Source: Gemmatimonadaceae bacterium
GTDB taxonomy: Bacteria; Gemmatimonadota; Gemmatimonadetes; Gemmatimonadales; Gemmatimonadaceae
Direction: 5' to 3'
Assembly (NCBI GenBank): GCA_040901985.1
Contig: JBBDYC010000012.1
Coordinates: forward strand, 56,456-85,450
DNA length: 28,995 nucleotides
This document shows positions 1 through 8,758 of this stretch, one piece after another. The notes beneath the pieces were generated by a model. It had not been told where the DNA came from, ran no database searches, and saw nothing but the letters and a program-made list of their open reading frames with translations. The translations under genes were made by a program, and so were the position numbers. How positions within the stretch are numbered: position 1 is the first letter of the stretch; each line of letters opens with the position of its first letter.

Positions 1-59
1 CCCCCCCCCCCCCCCGCGCCGTTTATGTTAGGAATGCCTGGGGTGAGCGCAGTTGCCCC

Positions 60-88
60 CTCCCAGCTCCCACCTCCCACCTCCCACC
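60..88 (+). repeat. Heptamer tandem repeat, 4 x CTCCCA(C/G)
   Basis: CTCCCAG CTCCCAC CTCCCAC CTCCCAC C upstream of yebC. Confidence 0.85.
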
Positions 89-104
89 TTCCCTCTGCCG
101 TCCA

Positions 105-848
105 ATGGCCGGTCACAGCAAGTGGAAGCAGATCAAGCACTACAAGGCCGCGACCGACAAGAAGCGGGGCGCGATGTTCACCAAGCTCCTGCGCGAGATC
201 ACCGTCGCCGCAAAGGCGGGCGGTGGCGACCCCGATGGGAATCCGCGCCTCCGCACCGCAATTGAGAATGCCAAGGCCCAGTCGTGCCCGAAGGAGAACA
301 TTGAACGCGCGATCAAGAAGGGCACGGGCGAGCTCGAGGGCGTGGACTACGTTGAAGTGCTCTACGAGGCCTACGGACCGGGCGGGGTCGCCCTGATGAT
401 CCAGGCGCTCACCGACAATCCGACCCGCACCGTCGCCGAGATCCGCGCCAAGCTCTCCCGCCTCGGTGGGAACCTCGGGACCAGCAACTCCGTCTCGTTC
501 ATGTTCGACCGAAAGGGGCAGATCTACCTCGACGCCGCCGGCCGGTCGGAGGACGCTGTGATGGAACAGGCGCTCGAGGCCGGCGCCGAGGACTTCGCCG
601 CCGAGGAGGGCCAGTTCATCGTCACGACCGCCCCCGCCGAGCTGCACGGCGTGAAGGCGGCGTTGGAGCGGGCCGGACTCACCGCGACCGAGGCCGAGCT
701 GGCGTGGCTCCCGCAGAACACCGTGCGGGTCGAGGGCGCGACGGCCGGCCAGTTGGTCAAGCTCCTCGAGGCGATCGAGGACCTCGACGACGTGCAGAAG
801 GTGGACGCGAACTTCGACCTCGACGTGGCGGAGATCCCCGCCACGTGA
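105..848 (+). CDS. yebC: YebC/PmpR family protein
   Basis: N-terminus MAGHSKW, plus NPRLR and YEAYGPGGVA motifs; 247 aa; usual position upstream of ruvC. Confidence 0.97.
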   Translation: MAGHSKWKQIKHYKAATDKKRGAMFTKLLREITVAAKAGGGDPDGNPRLRTAIENAKAQSCPKENIERAIKKGTGELEGVDYVEVLYEAYGPGGVALMIQALTDNPTRTVAEIRAKLSRLGGNLGTSNSVSFMFDRKGQIYLDAAGRSEDAVMEQALEAGAEDFAAEEGQFIVTTAPAELHGVKAALERAGLTATEAELAWLPQNTVRVEGATAGQLVKLLEAIEDLDDVQKVDANFDLDVAEIPAT

Positions 849-870
849 GCCGTCCGGTCCCGCGTCCGTC

Positions 871-1392
871 GTGCTGATCCTCGGGATCGACCCCGGGACG
901 GCGGTCACGGGCTTCGGCGTTGTCCGGGCGAACCCCGGTGGAGTGAACGAACTCGTCGAGTGCGGCGTCATCCGCACCAAGCCGGACCTCCCGCTGGCCG
1001 AGCGGTTGAAGGACATCGCCGACGGCGTGCGCGAATTGCTCGCGCGGCATCGGCCCGACGCGATGGCGGTCGAGGACGCGTTCTACGCGCGCAACGTGCG
1101 CACGACGCTGGTCCTCGGGCACGCGCGCGGCGTGATCCTCCTTGCCGGCGCCGAGGCCGGGATCCCGATCCACGAGTACGCGCCGGCCGAGATCAAGAAG
1201 GCGGTCGTCGGCGCCGGCGCCGCCACCAAGGGCCAGGTGCAGTTCATGCTCGCCAAGCTGCTCCGCCTGAAGAGTGCGCCGCAGCCGGCCGATGCCGCCG
1301 ACGGCGTCGCGGCGGCGCTCACCTGCGCCATGCGGCTGCCGTTCACGCGCTCGGTGGCGGGCGCGCGCGCGGCGTTGAAGGTGCGCCGATGA
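871..1392 (+). CDS. ruvC: Holliday junction resolvase RuvC
   Basis: ILGIDPG, AVE, EIKKAVVG.GAATK.QV and DAADGVA motifs; GTG start. Confidence 0.97.
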   Translation: MLILGIDPGTAVTGFGVVRANPGGVNELVECGVIRTKPDLPLAERLKDIADGVRELLARHRPDAMAVEDAFYARNVRTTLVLGHARGVILLAGAEAGIPIHEYAPAEIKKAVVGAGAATKGQVQFMLAKLLRLKSAPQPADAADGVAAALTCAMRLPFTRSVAGARAALKVRR

Positions 1393-1994
1393 TCGCCCGC
1401 GTGCAGGGCACGCTGGTCGGCCACGCGCTCGACCGGATCGAGGTGCTCACCGCCGGCGGCCTCACCTACGAGGTGCTGGTTCCGCTCTCGGTGCTCGAAT
1501 CGCTGCCGAGGACCGGCGCTGAGATTGCGCTCCACACGGCGATGGTGGTGCGCGAGGATGCGTGGCACCTCTACGGATTTGCCACCGCCGAGGAGCGTCG
1601 GCTCTTCCAGCGGGTGATGGGAACGACCGGGGTCGGCCCGACGCTGGCGATGAACCTGATCTCCACGCTCACCGGCGAGCGCCTCGTGCGGGCGGTGCGC
1701 GACGGCGACCTGACCACCCTCACGCGCGTCCCGCGCGTGGGCAAGAAGCTGGCCGAACGCCTCGTGCTTGAACTCCGCGACAAGCTGGACGGCGCGGCCA
1801 CGACGGACGCGCCGATGCCCGGGAAGCAGGTCGGCCCGACCGGGCCCGGCGCCGACGCCATCCGTGCGCTGATCGCGCTCGGGTACGCGCCGGCCGACGC
1901 CGAGCGCGCCGTGCGCGCGGCGCTGGCCAACGCGCCGAAGGACGAGGCCGCCGCTGACCTCGTGCGGCGGTCACTCGCCGCGCTCGCGCGATAG
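1389..1994 (+). CDS. ruvA: Holliday junction branch migration protein RuvA
   Basis: MIARVQG start overlaps the ruvC stop (ATGA); VRED..LYGF, GVGP, VPRVGKKLAERLVLELRDK and ALIALGY motifs. Confidence 0.96.
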   Translation: MIARVQGTLVGHALDRIEVLTAGGLTYEVLVPLSVLESLPRTGAEIALHTAMVVREDAWHLYGFATAEERRLFQRVMGTTGVGPTLAMNLISTLTGERLVRAVRDGDLTTLTRVPRVGKKLAERLVLELRDKLDGAATTDAPMPGKQVGPTGPGADAIRALIALGYAPADAERAVRAALANAPKDEAAADLVRRSLAALAR

Positions 1995-1997
1995 ATT
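1992..1997 (+). promoter_or_regulatory. Putative -10 element TAGATT before ruvB
   Basis: 6 nt upstream of ATG 2004; overlaps the ruvA stop codon. Confidence 0.45.
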
Positions 1998-2003
1998 CCG
2001 CGC

Positions 2004-3035
2004 ATGGCCCGCGCCGAGATCACCACCCCCGAGGTCCTCGCCGACGAATCGGTCGTCGAGCTCTCGTTGCGCCCCCAGCGGCTGGCCGAGTTCATTGGCC
2101 AAGCGAAGGTGAAGGACGCGCTCCGCATCTACATTGATGCCGCGACCGCGCGCCGCGAGCCGCTCGACCACACCCTGCTCTTCGGCCCGCCGGGACTCGG
2201 CAAGACGACGCTCGCCGAGCTCATCGCGCGCGAGATGGGCGTGAACATCCATACCACGTCGGGGCCGGCGCTCGAGAAGCCGGGCGACCTGGTGGGGACC
2301 CTCACCAACCTCCGCGCCGGCGACATCCTCTTCATTGACGAGATTCATCGTCTTCGCCCCGTGATCGACGAGTTCCTCTACCCGGCGATGGAGGACTGGA
2401 AGATTGACATCCGGCTCTCCGAGGGCCCGAAGGCACAGACGATCACGATGGCAATCGAGCCGTTCACGCTGATCGGCGCGACGACGCGGCTCGGGATGCT
2501 CACCGCGCCGTTGCGGGCGCGGTTCGGGATCGAGCTGCGGCTTAACTACTATCCGGCCTCGGAGATCGAGGAGGTCGTGCATCGGACGGCGGCGGTGATG
2601 TCGGCGGGAATTGACGCCGACGGCGCGCAGGAGCTCGCGAGCCGCGCCCGCGGCACGCCGCGGGTCGCCAACCGGCTGTTGCGGCGCGTGCGCGACTATG
2701 CCCAGGTGAAGGCGGACGGCCACATCTCGCGCGACGTGGCGCGCGAGGCGCTGGCGATGCTCGACGTGGACGAGTTCGGCCTCGATGAGATGGACACCCG
2801 ACTGCTGCGGGCGATCATCGAGAAGTTCGAGGGCGGTCCGGTGGGCGTCGGGACGATCGCCGCCGCGGTCGGGGAGGACGCCGACACGCTCGAGGAGGTC
2901 TACGAGCCCTTCCTCGTGCAACACGGCTTCCTCCAGCGGACCCCGCGTGGGCGCACCGCCACCGCCCAGGCGTATCGCCACCTCGGCTACCCCCCGCCCA
3001 ACCGGCCACCCGAATCCCAGGCGGACCTGTTCTGA
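2004..3035 (+). CDS. ruvB: Holliday junction branch migration ATPase RuvB
   Basis: [12 protein letters not shown], Walker [44 protein letters not shown]. Confidence 0.98.
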   Translation: MARAEITTPEVLADESVVELSLRPQRLAEFIGQAKVKDALRIYIDAATARREPLDHTLLFGPPGLGKTTLAELIAREMGVNIHTTSGPALEKPGDLVGTLTNLRAGDILFIDEIHRLRPVIDEFLYPAMEDWKIDIRLSEGPKAQTITMAIEPFTLIGATTRLGMLTAPLRARFGIELRLNYYPASEIEEVVHRTAAVMSAGIDADGAQELASRARGTPRVANRLLRRVRDYAQVKADGHISRDVAREALAMLDVDEFGLDEMDTRLLRAIIEKFEGGPVGVGTIAAAVGEDADTLEEVYEPFLVQHGFLQRTPRGRTATAQAYRHLGYPPPNRPPESQADLF

Positions 3036-4111
3036 GCGACCCGCCGGCCACCACGCCGCCACGCGCCAGCGGTCGCACCGGTACGCGCACCACCGACTAC
3101 GATTACGCGCTCCCCAGCGACCGGATTGCGCAGGCGCCGGCCGCGCAGCGCGACGAAAGTCGGCTGATGGTGGTGGACCGCGCGAGCGGCACGATCGCCC
3201 ACCGGCGGTTCCGCGACCTCCCCGAGTACCTCCGCGCCGGCGACACGCTGGTCCTCAACACCACGCGCGTCTTCAAGGCGCGGTTGCTCGGACACCGCGA
3301 CTCGGGCGCGCCGGCCGAGGTGTTCCTCCTCCGCTCGCTGAGCGGCGACACGTGGGAGGCGATGGTCCAGCCCGGGGGGAAGCTGAGGCCCGGACGCCAG
3401 GTGCAGATCGCGCCAGGGTTTGCGGTCGAGATTCTCGACGAGACCGACCGCGGCACGCGGATCGTGCGACTCCTCGTGCACGAGTTCACCGTCCGCGGCG
3501 CGATTGCCGCGCACGGCCACGTCCCGCTTCCCCCGTACATCGCCCGCGCCGATGCGCCGGCCGACGCCGAGCGCTACCAGACGGTGTTCGCGCGCCAGGA
3601 GGGATCGGTCGCCGCGCCGACGGCCGGGCTCCACTTCACGCCCGAGCTGTTGGCGGCGCTCGAGGCCAAGGGCGTCGCGCGGGCGGATGTCCTGCTGCAC
3701 GTCGGCGCGGGCACCTTCAAGCCGGTGGAGGTCGAGGACCCCGCCGACCATCCGATGCACGAGGAGTGGTTCCACGTCGCGACGACGGCGGCGGAACTCC
3801 TGACCGCCACGCGACGGGCCGGCGGGAGGGTCTGCGCGGTCGGGACGACCGCCCTGCGGACGCTCGAGACGGTCTGGGGTCCCGACGGCCGCTACACGGC
3901 GGGCGAGGGGGAGACCGCGCTCTTCATCCGGCCGCCGAACCCGCCGCGCTCCGCAGACCTCCTGATCACGAACTTCCATCTCCCGCGCTCGACGCTGCTG
4001 ATGCTCGTGGCCGCGACGGCGGGCTACGACCTGACGATGCACGCCTACGACGTCGCGATCCGCGAGGGCTATCGCTTCTATTCGTACGGCGACGCGATGC
4101 TGATTGTCTGA
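3032..4111 (+). CDS. queA: S-adenosylmethionine:tRNA ribosyltransferase-isomerase QueA (start uncertain, probably CTG at 3032)
   Basis: DYDYALP..RIAQ.P...RDESRL lies in frame upstream of ATG 3167; [56 protein letters not shown]. Confidence 0.95.
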   Translation: MSDPPATTPPRASGRTGTRTTDYDYALPSDRIAQAPAAQRDESRLMVVDRASGTIAHRRFRDLPEYLRAGDTLVLNTTRVFKARLLGHRDSGAPAEVFLLRSLSGDTWEAMVQPGGKLRPGRQVQIAPGFAVEILDETDRGTRIVRLLVHEFTVRGAIAAHGHVPLPPYIARADAPADAERYQTVFARQEGSVAAPTAGLHFTPELLAALEAKGVARADVLLHVGAGTFKPVEVEDPADHPMHEEWFHVATTAAELLTATRRAGGRVCAVGTTALRTLETVWGPDGRYTAGEGETALFIRPPNPPRSADLLITNFHLPRSTLLMLVAATAGYDLTMHAYDVAIREGYRFYSYGDAMLIV

Positions 4112-4138
4112 CCCCTGCGGCACCGGGACGCCACGGTG

Positions 4139-4144
4139 TAGATT
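4139..4144 (+). promoter_or_regulatory. Putative -10 element TAGATT before yajC (leadered)
   Basis: Same hexamer as at ruvB and pduO, in the queA-yajC gap, 48 nt upstream of the ATG. Confidence 0.4.
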
Positions 4145-4192
4145 GGAGCGTCGCCCCCACCGTATTCCACTCGTCAATCGACCTCCCCGGCC

Positions 4193-4552
4193 ATGCACGT
4201 TCTCTCGCTCATCCTTGCCCAGGACACGGCGCCCGCCACCGGCACGCCGAGCGGCTCGCTCGCCCCGTTCCTGTTCCAGATCGGCGCGATCTTCGCGATC
4301 TTCTACTTCCTGATGATCCGTCCGCAGCAGAAGCAGCGAAAGGCGCACGAGGCGGCGATCCTTGCCCTCAAGAAGGGCGACCAGGTGGTGACCGCGGGCG
4401 GCCTCGTCGGCGAGGTGCTTCACATCAAGGAAGGCCTCAAGGACGGCGCCCCGGCACCCAGCCTTGCCGACCACATCACGATCAAGAGCGGTGAGTCGCG
4501 CCTCGTCGTGACGCGCGGACGCATCGCGTCCGTCGGTGGCGCGTCCGCCTGA
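4193..4552 (+). CDS. yajC: Preprotein translocase subunit YajC
   Basis: TM segment followed by FYFLMIRPQQKQRK and LKKGDQVVTAGGLVG. Confidence 0.95.
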   Translation: MHVLSLILAQDTAPATGTPSGSLAPFLFQIGAIFAIFYFLMIRPQQKQRKAHEAAILALKKGDQVVTAGGLVGEVLHIKEGLKDGAPAPSLADHITIKSGESRLVVTRGRIASVGGASA

Positions 4553-4557
4553 CCGGT

Positions 4558-5124
4558 ATGGCGGTCCTCCCGATCACGGTCCTCGGCACGCCAATCCTCC
4601 GCCAGGCAACGACGCCGGTCGCCACGGTCAACGACAACCTGCGCGCGCTCGCCGACGACATGGTCGAGACGATGCGCGCCGCGTCCGGCCTCGGCCTCGC
4701 GGCGCCGCAGGTCGGCCGCCACGAACGGCTCTGCGTCGTCGAGGTGGACGGGGCCGCGTTCACGCTCTTCAATCCCGAGATCATCGCGCGCGAAGGCAAA
4801 ATCCGCTGGGAGGAGGGGTGCCTCTCGATCCCCGAGGTGTTCGGGTGGGTGGAACGGTCGGCGTGGGTGAAGGTCCGGGCGCTCAACCGGGAAGGCCAGA
4901 CGATCGAGGTCGAGGGCTCCGACCTCCTCGCCGTCTGCTTCCAGCACGAGATTGACCATCTCGACGGCAAGCTGTTCATCGACCATCTCAGCTTCCTCAA
5001 GCGACGGCAAGCGCTGGCGCTCTGGGAGGAGGAGAAATCGCGCTATCCGGGACTGTTGCGGATCCTGAAGCCGGGCGAGGTCCCGACGCCGCGCGCCGGG
5101 CACGCGGCGGAGGAACAGCTCTGA
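4558..5124 (+). CDS. def: Peptide deformylase
   Basis: GLGLAAPQVG, EGCLS and QHEIDHLDG motifs. Confidence 0.98.
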   Translation: MAVLPITVLGTPILRQATTPVATVNDNLRALADDMVETMRAASGLGLAAPQVGRHERLCVVEVDGAAFTLFNPEIIAREGKIRWEEGCLSIPEVFGWVERSAWVKVRALNREGQTIEVEGSDLLAVCFQHEIDHLDGKLFIDHLSFLKRRQALALWEEEKSRYPGLLRILKPGEVPTPRAGHAAEEQL

Positions 5125-5130
5125 ACGGCT

Positions 5131-5152
5131 GGTGAGAGGTGGGAGGTGGGAG
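5131..5152 (-). repeat. Heptamer tandem repeat, inverted copy (GGTGAGA GGTGGGA GGTGGGA G)
   Basis: Its reverse complement matches 67-88 at 21 of 22 nt; flanked by the inverted repeat ACGGCTG/CAGCCGT. Confidence 0.8.
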
Positions 5153-5175
5153 TCAGCCGTCTGCACTGGACCACG

Positions 5176-6114
5176 ATGAGAATTCTCTTCTGGGGCACCC
5201 CCGAGTTTGCGACCCCCGCGCTCCTCGCGCTGATCGGCGAGGGACACGAGGTGGTGGGCGTCGTGACCCAGCCCGATCGGGCGCAGGGGCGGTCACGCTC
5301 CACGCTCGTGCCGCCACCAGTCAAGCTGATTGCGCTCGAGGAGGGAATCCCGGTGTTCCAGCCCGAGCGGCCGCGCGGCGACGAGCGTCTCGCCGAGCTG
5401 CGCGCGCTCGAGCCGGAGATGAGCGTCGTCGTGGCCTACGGCCACATCCTCCGACAGGAGTTCATTGACCTCCCCCGGCTCGGGACGCTGAACATCCACG
5501 CGTCCATCCTGCCGCGCTGGCGCGGCGCCGCGCCGATCCAGGCGGCAATCCTCGCCGGCGACACCGAGACGGGCGTCAGCATCCAGCGGATGGTGCTCCA
5601 GCTCGACGCCGGCCCGATCGTGCTCGCCAAGCGGACGGAGATCGGGCCCGATGAGACGGGCGGCGAGCTGACCGAGCGTCTCGCCGAGCTCGGCGCCGCG
5701 GCGATTGTCGAGGCGCTGGCCCTCATCGCGCTCGGCGTCGCGGTCGAACGGCCGCAGGACGAGTCCGCCGCGACCTACGCGGCGAAGCTGGACCGGGAGC
5801 GCGCGCGACTCGACTTCGCGCGCCCGGCGGTCGAGGTTGCGCGCGCGATCCGTGCCTTCGACCCGAAGCCGGGCGCGTGGGGCATCGTGCGGGACGGCGA
5901 AGTGCGCCTCTTCGGCGTCCGGGTCCTCCCCGACCGGCGCGGTGACGCGGGCGAGGTGCTCGAGGTCGGCGAGATGGGGATGGTCGTCGCCTGCGCGAGC
6001 GGCGCCATCGCCGTCGAGACCGTGCATCCAGCGGGCAAGCGCCGGCTGGCCGCACTCGACTGGGCGCAGGGCCGCGGCATCGCCCAAGGGGATCGGTGGG
6101 CGGTCGCGCCGTAG
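5176..6114 (+). CDS. fmt: Methionyl-tRNA formyltransferase
   Basis: MRILFWGTPEFA, VVTQPDR, NIHASILPRWRGAAPIQ, LDAG; follows def. Confidence 0.97.
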   Translation: MRILFWGTPEFATPALLALIGEGHEVVGVVTQPDRAQGRSRSTLVPPPVKLIALEEGIPVFQPERPRGDERLAELRALEPEMSVVVAYGHILRQEFIDLPRLGTLNIHASILPRWRGAAPIQAAILAGDTETGVSIQRMVLQLDAGPIVLAKRTEIGPDETGGELTERLAELGAAAIVEALALIALGVAVERPQDESAATYAAKLDRERARLDFARPAVEVARAIRAFDPKPGAWGIVRDGEVRLFGVRVLPDRRGDAGEVLEVGEMGMVVACASGAIAVETVHPAGKRRLAALDWAQGRGIAQGDRWAVAP

Positions 6115-6137
6115 GGGGCGGGGGGACGCCGCGCGAC

Positions 6138-6143
6138 TATCTT
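6138..6143 (+). promoter_or_regulatory. Putative -10 element TATCTT before rsmB
   Basis: 8 nt upstream of ATG 6152 in an otherwise GC-rich gap. Confidence 0.45.
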
Positions 6144-6151
6144 TCGGTGGT

Positions 6152-7486
6152 ATGCCCTCCTCCCTCGCTCTCGTGACGGACGCCCGGGTCGCCGCCGCCG
6201 ACACGCTGGCCGACCTGCGCAGCGGACTCCTCCTCGACGCCGCGTTCGACCGCCGCGCCGGCGAGCTGGACGCGCGCGACCGGCGCTGGACGCAGGAGCT
6301 CGCCTGGGGGATGCTGCGCAAGCGCGGCTACATTGACCACCTCCTTGCTCCGCGCGTGCGCGGCGGGATCGCACGGCTCGACAACGACCTCGTGGATCTG
6401 CTCCGGCTCGGCGTCTACCAGCTCTTCGAGATGGGGAGCGTGCCGCCCTACGCGGCGATTGCCCAGACGGTCGAGCTCGCCAAGCAGCGCCACGGCCTTG
6501 GGGCGAGCAAGCTGGTGAACGCGGTGCTCCGTCGACTCGACCGCGAGCGGGGTGACGCGCTCGCGCCCCCGCTCCCGGCCGACCCGGTCGAGGCGTTGGC
6601 GATCGAGCTCTCGCACCCGCGCTGGCTCGTCGCGCGCTGGGTGGCCCGGTGGGGCGCCGAGGCGACGCGGGCGCTCCTCGAGGCCAACAACCGCGAGGCG
6701 CCGCTGATCGTACGGCCGTGGGGCGTGGTGCGCGAGCAGTTGGAGGCGATGCTCGAGGCGTCCGGCGTCGGCGTCAGCGATGCGCCGCTGGTCGAGGATT
6801 CACTCCTCCTGGCGCCGGGCACGATGGTCACCTCCCTCGGCGCGTTCCACCAGGGGAACTTCTTCGTGCAGGACCCGGCGGCGACGTTGGTGACGCGTTA
6901 CGCGGCGATCCCCGAGGGCGCGCGGGTGGCGGACCTCTGCGCGGCGCCGGGCGGAAAGACGGTCGAGCTGGCGCGCACCGCGTCGCACGTGACCGCCGCC
7001 GATTCGAGCGCAGCGCGACTCGTCCGGCTGCAGGAGACGATCGACCGCCTCGAGCTCAAGAACGTGAGTGCCGTCGTCGCCGACGCGCGCGACGCGGCGA
7101 CGCTGGGCACCTTCGACGCCGTGCTCGTGGATGCGCCGTGCACCGGGACCGGGACCTTCCGCCGGCATCCGGACGCCCGCTGGCGGCTGCGCACGAGCGA
7201 CCTGGCCGTGATGGCCGCCGCCCAGCGCGCCGTGCTTCGCGGCGCCGCCAACGCCGTCGCGCCGGGTGGGCTGCTCATCTATTCCACCTGCTCACTCGAG
7301 CCCGAGGAGAACGACGCGCAGGTCGAGGCGTTTCTTGCGGACGACCCCGAGTGGACGCTCGAGCCGCCGCCGGCGGGCGTGGCACCGGAGTCGGTGCTCG
7401 ACGCCGGCCGGCTGCGCATCCTCCCGCATCGCCACGGGACGGATGGCGCGTTCGCCGCGCGGCTCCGCCGCCGGGGGCAAGCGTGA
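6152..7486 (+). CDS. rsmB: 16S rRNA m5C967 methyltransferase RsmB/Sun
   Basis: NusB-like N-terminus (LVNAVLR), SHPRW, VQD, DLCAAPGGKT, DAPCTGTG, YSTCS..PEEN. Confidence 0.94.
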   Translation: MPSSLALVTDARVAAADTLADLRSGLLLDAAFDRRAGELDARDRRWTQELAWGMLRKRGYIDHLLAPRVRGGIARLDNDLVDLLRLGVYQLFEMGSVPPYAAIAQTVELAKQRHGLGASKLVNAVLRRLDRERGDALAPPLPADPVEALAIELSHPRWLVARWVARWGAEATRALLEANNREAPLIVRPWGVVREQLEAMLEASGVGVSDAPLVEDSLLLAPGTMVTSLGAFHQGNFFVQDPAATLVTRYAAIPEGARVADLCAAPGGKTVELARTASHVTAADSSAARLVRLQETIDRLELKNVSAVVADARDAATLGTFDAVLVDAPCTGTGTFRRHPDARWRLRTSDLAVMAAAQRAVLRGAANAVAPGGLLIYSTCSLEPEENDAQVEAFLADDPEWTLEPPPAGVAPESVLDAGRLRILPHRHGTDGAFAARLRRRGQA

Positions 7487-8172
7487 GCGCGACGGCGAAG
7501 GCGGCCAAGGCGGTGCGGATCGCGCCGTCGCTCCTCTCGGCCGACTTCGGCCGGCTCGCCGACGAACTGGCGATGCTCGAGGCGGGCGGCGCCGACTGGT
7601 TGCACGTGGACGTGATGGATGGCGTCTTCGTGCCCAACCTCACGTTCGGCACCAAGATGATCGAGACCTGCCGCACGCTCACCAAGCTCCCGCTCGACGT
7701 GCACCTGATGGTCGTCGAGCCGGAGAAGTACTTCGAGCGCTTCGTCGAGGCCGGCGCGGCGACGCTCACCATCCACGTCGAGACGACGCCGCACCTGCAC
7801 CGACAGGTCGCGCGCATCAAGGAACTCGGCGCGATGGCCGGCGTCACGCTGAACCCCTCCACGTCGCTCGACACGGTGCGCGAGGTCGCAGCGGACCTCG
7901 ATCTGCTGCTGATCATGAGCGTGAATCCGGGGTTCGGCGGTCAGCGCTTCATCGCCGCGTCGGTGGAAAAGATCGCGCGGGCGCGCGCGCTGCTCGACGC
8001 GGCGCGCAGCGCCGCCGTGCTCGAGGTGGACGGCGGGATCGCGCGTGAGACGATTGCCGCCTGCTGGCGCGCCGGCGCAGACACGTTCGTCGCCGGGCAC
8101 GCGATCTTCTCGGCCAAGGACCCACGCGCCGAGATCGGCGCGCTCCGCGCACTCTGCACGGAGCGCGTGTGA
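7483..8172 (+). CDS. rpe: Ribulose-phosphate 3-epimerase
   Basis: GTG start overlaps the rsmB stop (GTGA); IAPSLLSADF, HVDVMDG.FVPNLTFG, DVHLM, MSVNPGFGGQ, VDGGI. Confidence 0.97.
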   Translation: MSATAKAAKAVRIAPSLLSADFGRLADELAMLEAGGADWLHVDVMDGVFVPNLTFGTKMIETCRTLTKLPLDVHLMVVEPEKYFERFVEAGAATLTIHVETTPHLHRQVARIKELGAMAGVTLNPSTSLDTVREVAADLDLLLIMSVNPGFGGQRFIAASVEKIARARALLDAARSAAVLEVDGGIARETIAACWRAGADTFVAGHAIFSAKDPRAEIGALRALCTERV

Positions 8173-8720
8173 CGCCGCGACGGCAGTGGCTCGCCATCGG
8201 CGGGATCGTCGCCGCGCTCGGCGTGGGGCTCTTCATCGTCAGCCGCCAGCTCGGGCCGACGCTGTTCCCGACGCGGGTCGGCTCGACGGCGCCGGACTTC
8301 CGCGCCGCGACGCTGGCGAGCGAACCGACCGTGAAGGGGATCGCCGACTATCGCGGCCAGGTCGTCCTCCTCAACATCTGGGCCACGTGGTGCGGGCCCT
8401 GCCGGGTGGAGATGCCATCCATGCAACGCCTGGAGGACCAGCTCGGCCCGAAGGGGCTGCGTATCGTCGCGGTGAGTGTGGATGCGCCCGGCACGAGGGA
8501 GCGGATCGCGGCGTTCGTCGCCGAGCTGGGGCTGACGTTCGAGATCCTCCACGATGCGCCGGGACGGATCCAGCAGGACTATCAGTCCACCGGCGTGCCA
8601 GAGACCTTCGTGATCGGACGCGACGGACGCCTGCGGCGCCGCGTCATCGGCGCGGTGGACTGGGCGAGTCCGGCCAACGTCGCCTTCCTCGAGCGGCTGC
8701 TCGCCGAGCCGATCGTCTGA
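8169..8720 (+). CDS. TlpA/ResA-type membrane-anchored thiol-disulfide oxidoreductase
   Basis: N-terminal TM segment, APDF, NIWATWCGPCRVEMP, GVPETFVIGRDG. Confidence 0.9.
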   Translation: MTPRRQWLAIGGIVAALGVGLFIVSRQLGPTLFPTRVGSTAPDFRAATLASEPTVKGIADYRGQVVLLNIWATWCGPCRVEMPSMQRLEDQLGPKGLRIVAVSVDAPGTRERIAAFVAELGLTFEILHDAPGRIQQDYQSTGVPETFVIGRDGRLRRRVIGAVDWASPANVAFLERLLAEPIV

Positions 8721-8758
8721 TGGCGCGGTCCGCCGCGCCACCGCACCGCCGCGCCGGG

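Noticed and set aside
1..15. 15-nt poly-C run at the window start
   Set aside because: Likely a contig-end or sequencing artefact (for example a poly-G tail); no biological role can be supported from the sequence
5142..5146. GGAGG as the Shine-Dalgarno sequence of fmt
   Set aside because: About 30 nt from ATG 5176 and part of the heptamer repeat
960..8758. Apparent long N-terminal extensions of ruvA, rsmB, rpe and tsaD in the ORF track
   Set aside because: The extensions overlap upstream genes and are low-complexity; family similarity starts at 1389, 6152, 7483 and 8759 (or 8720)
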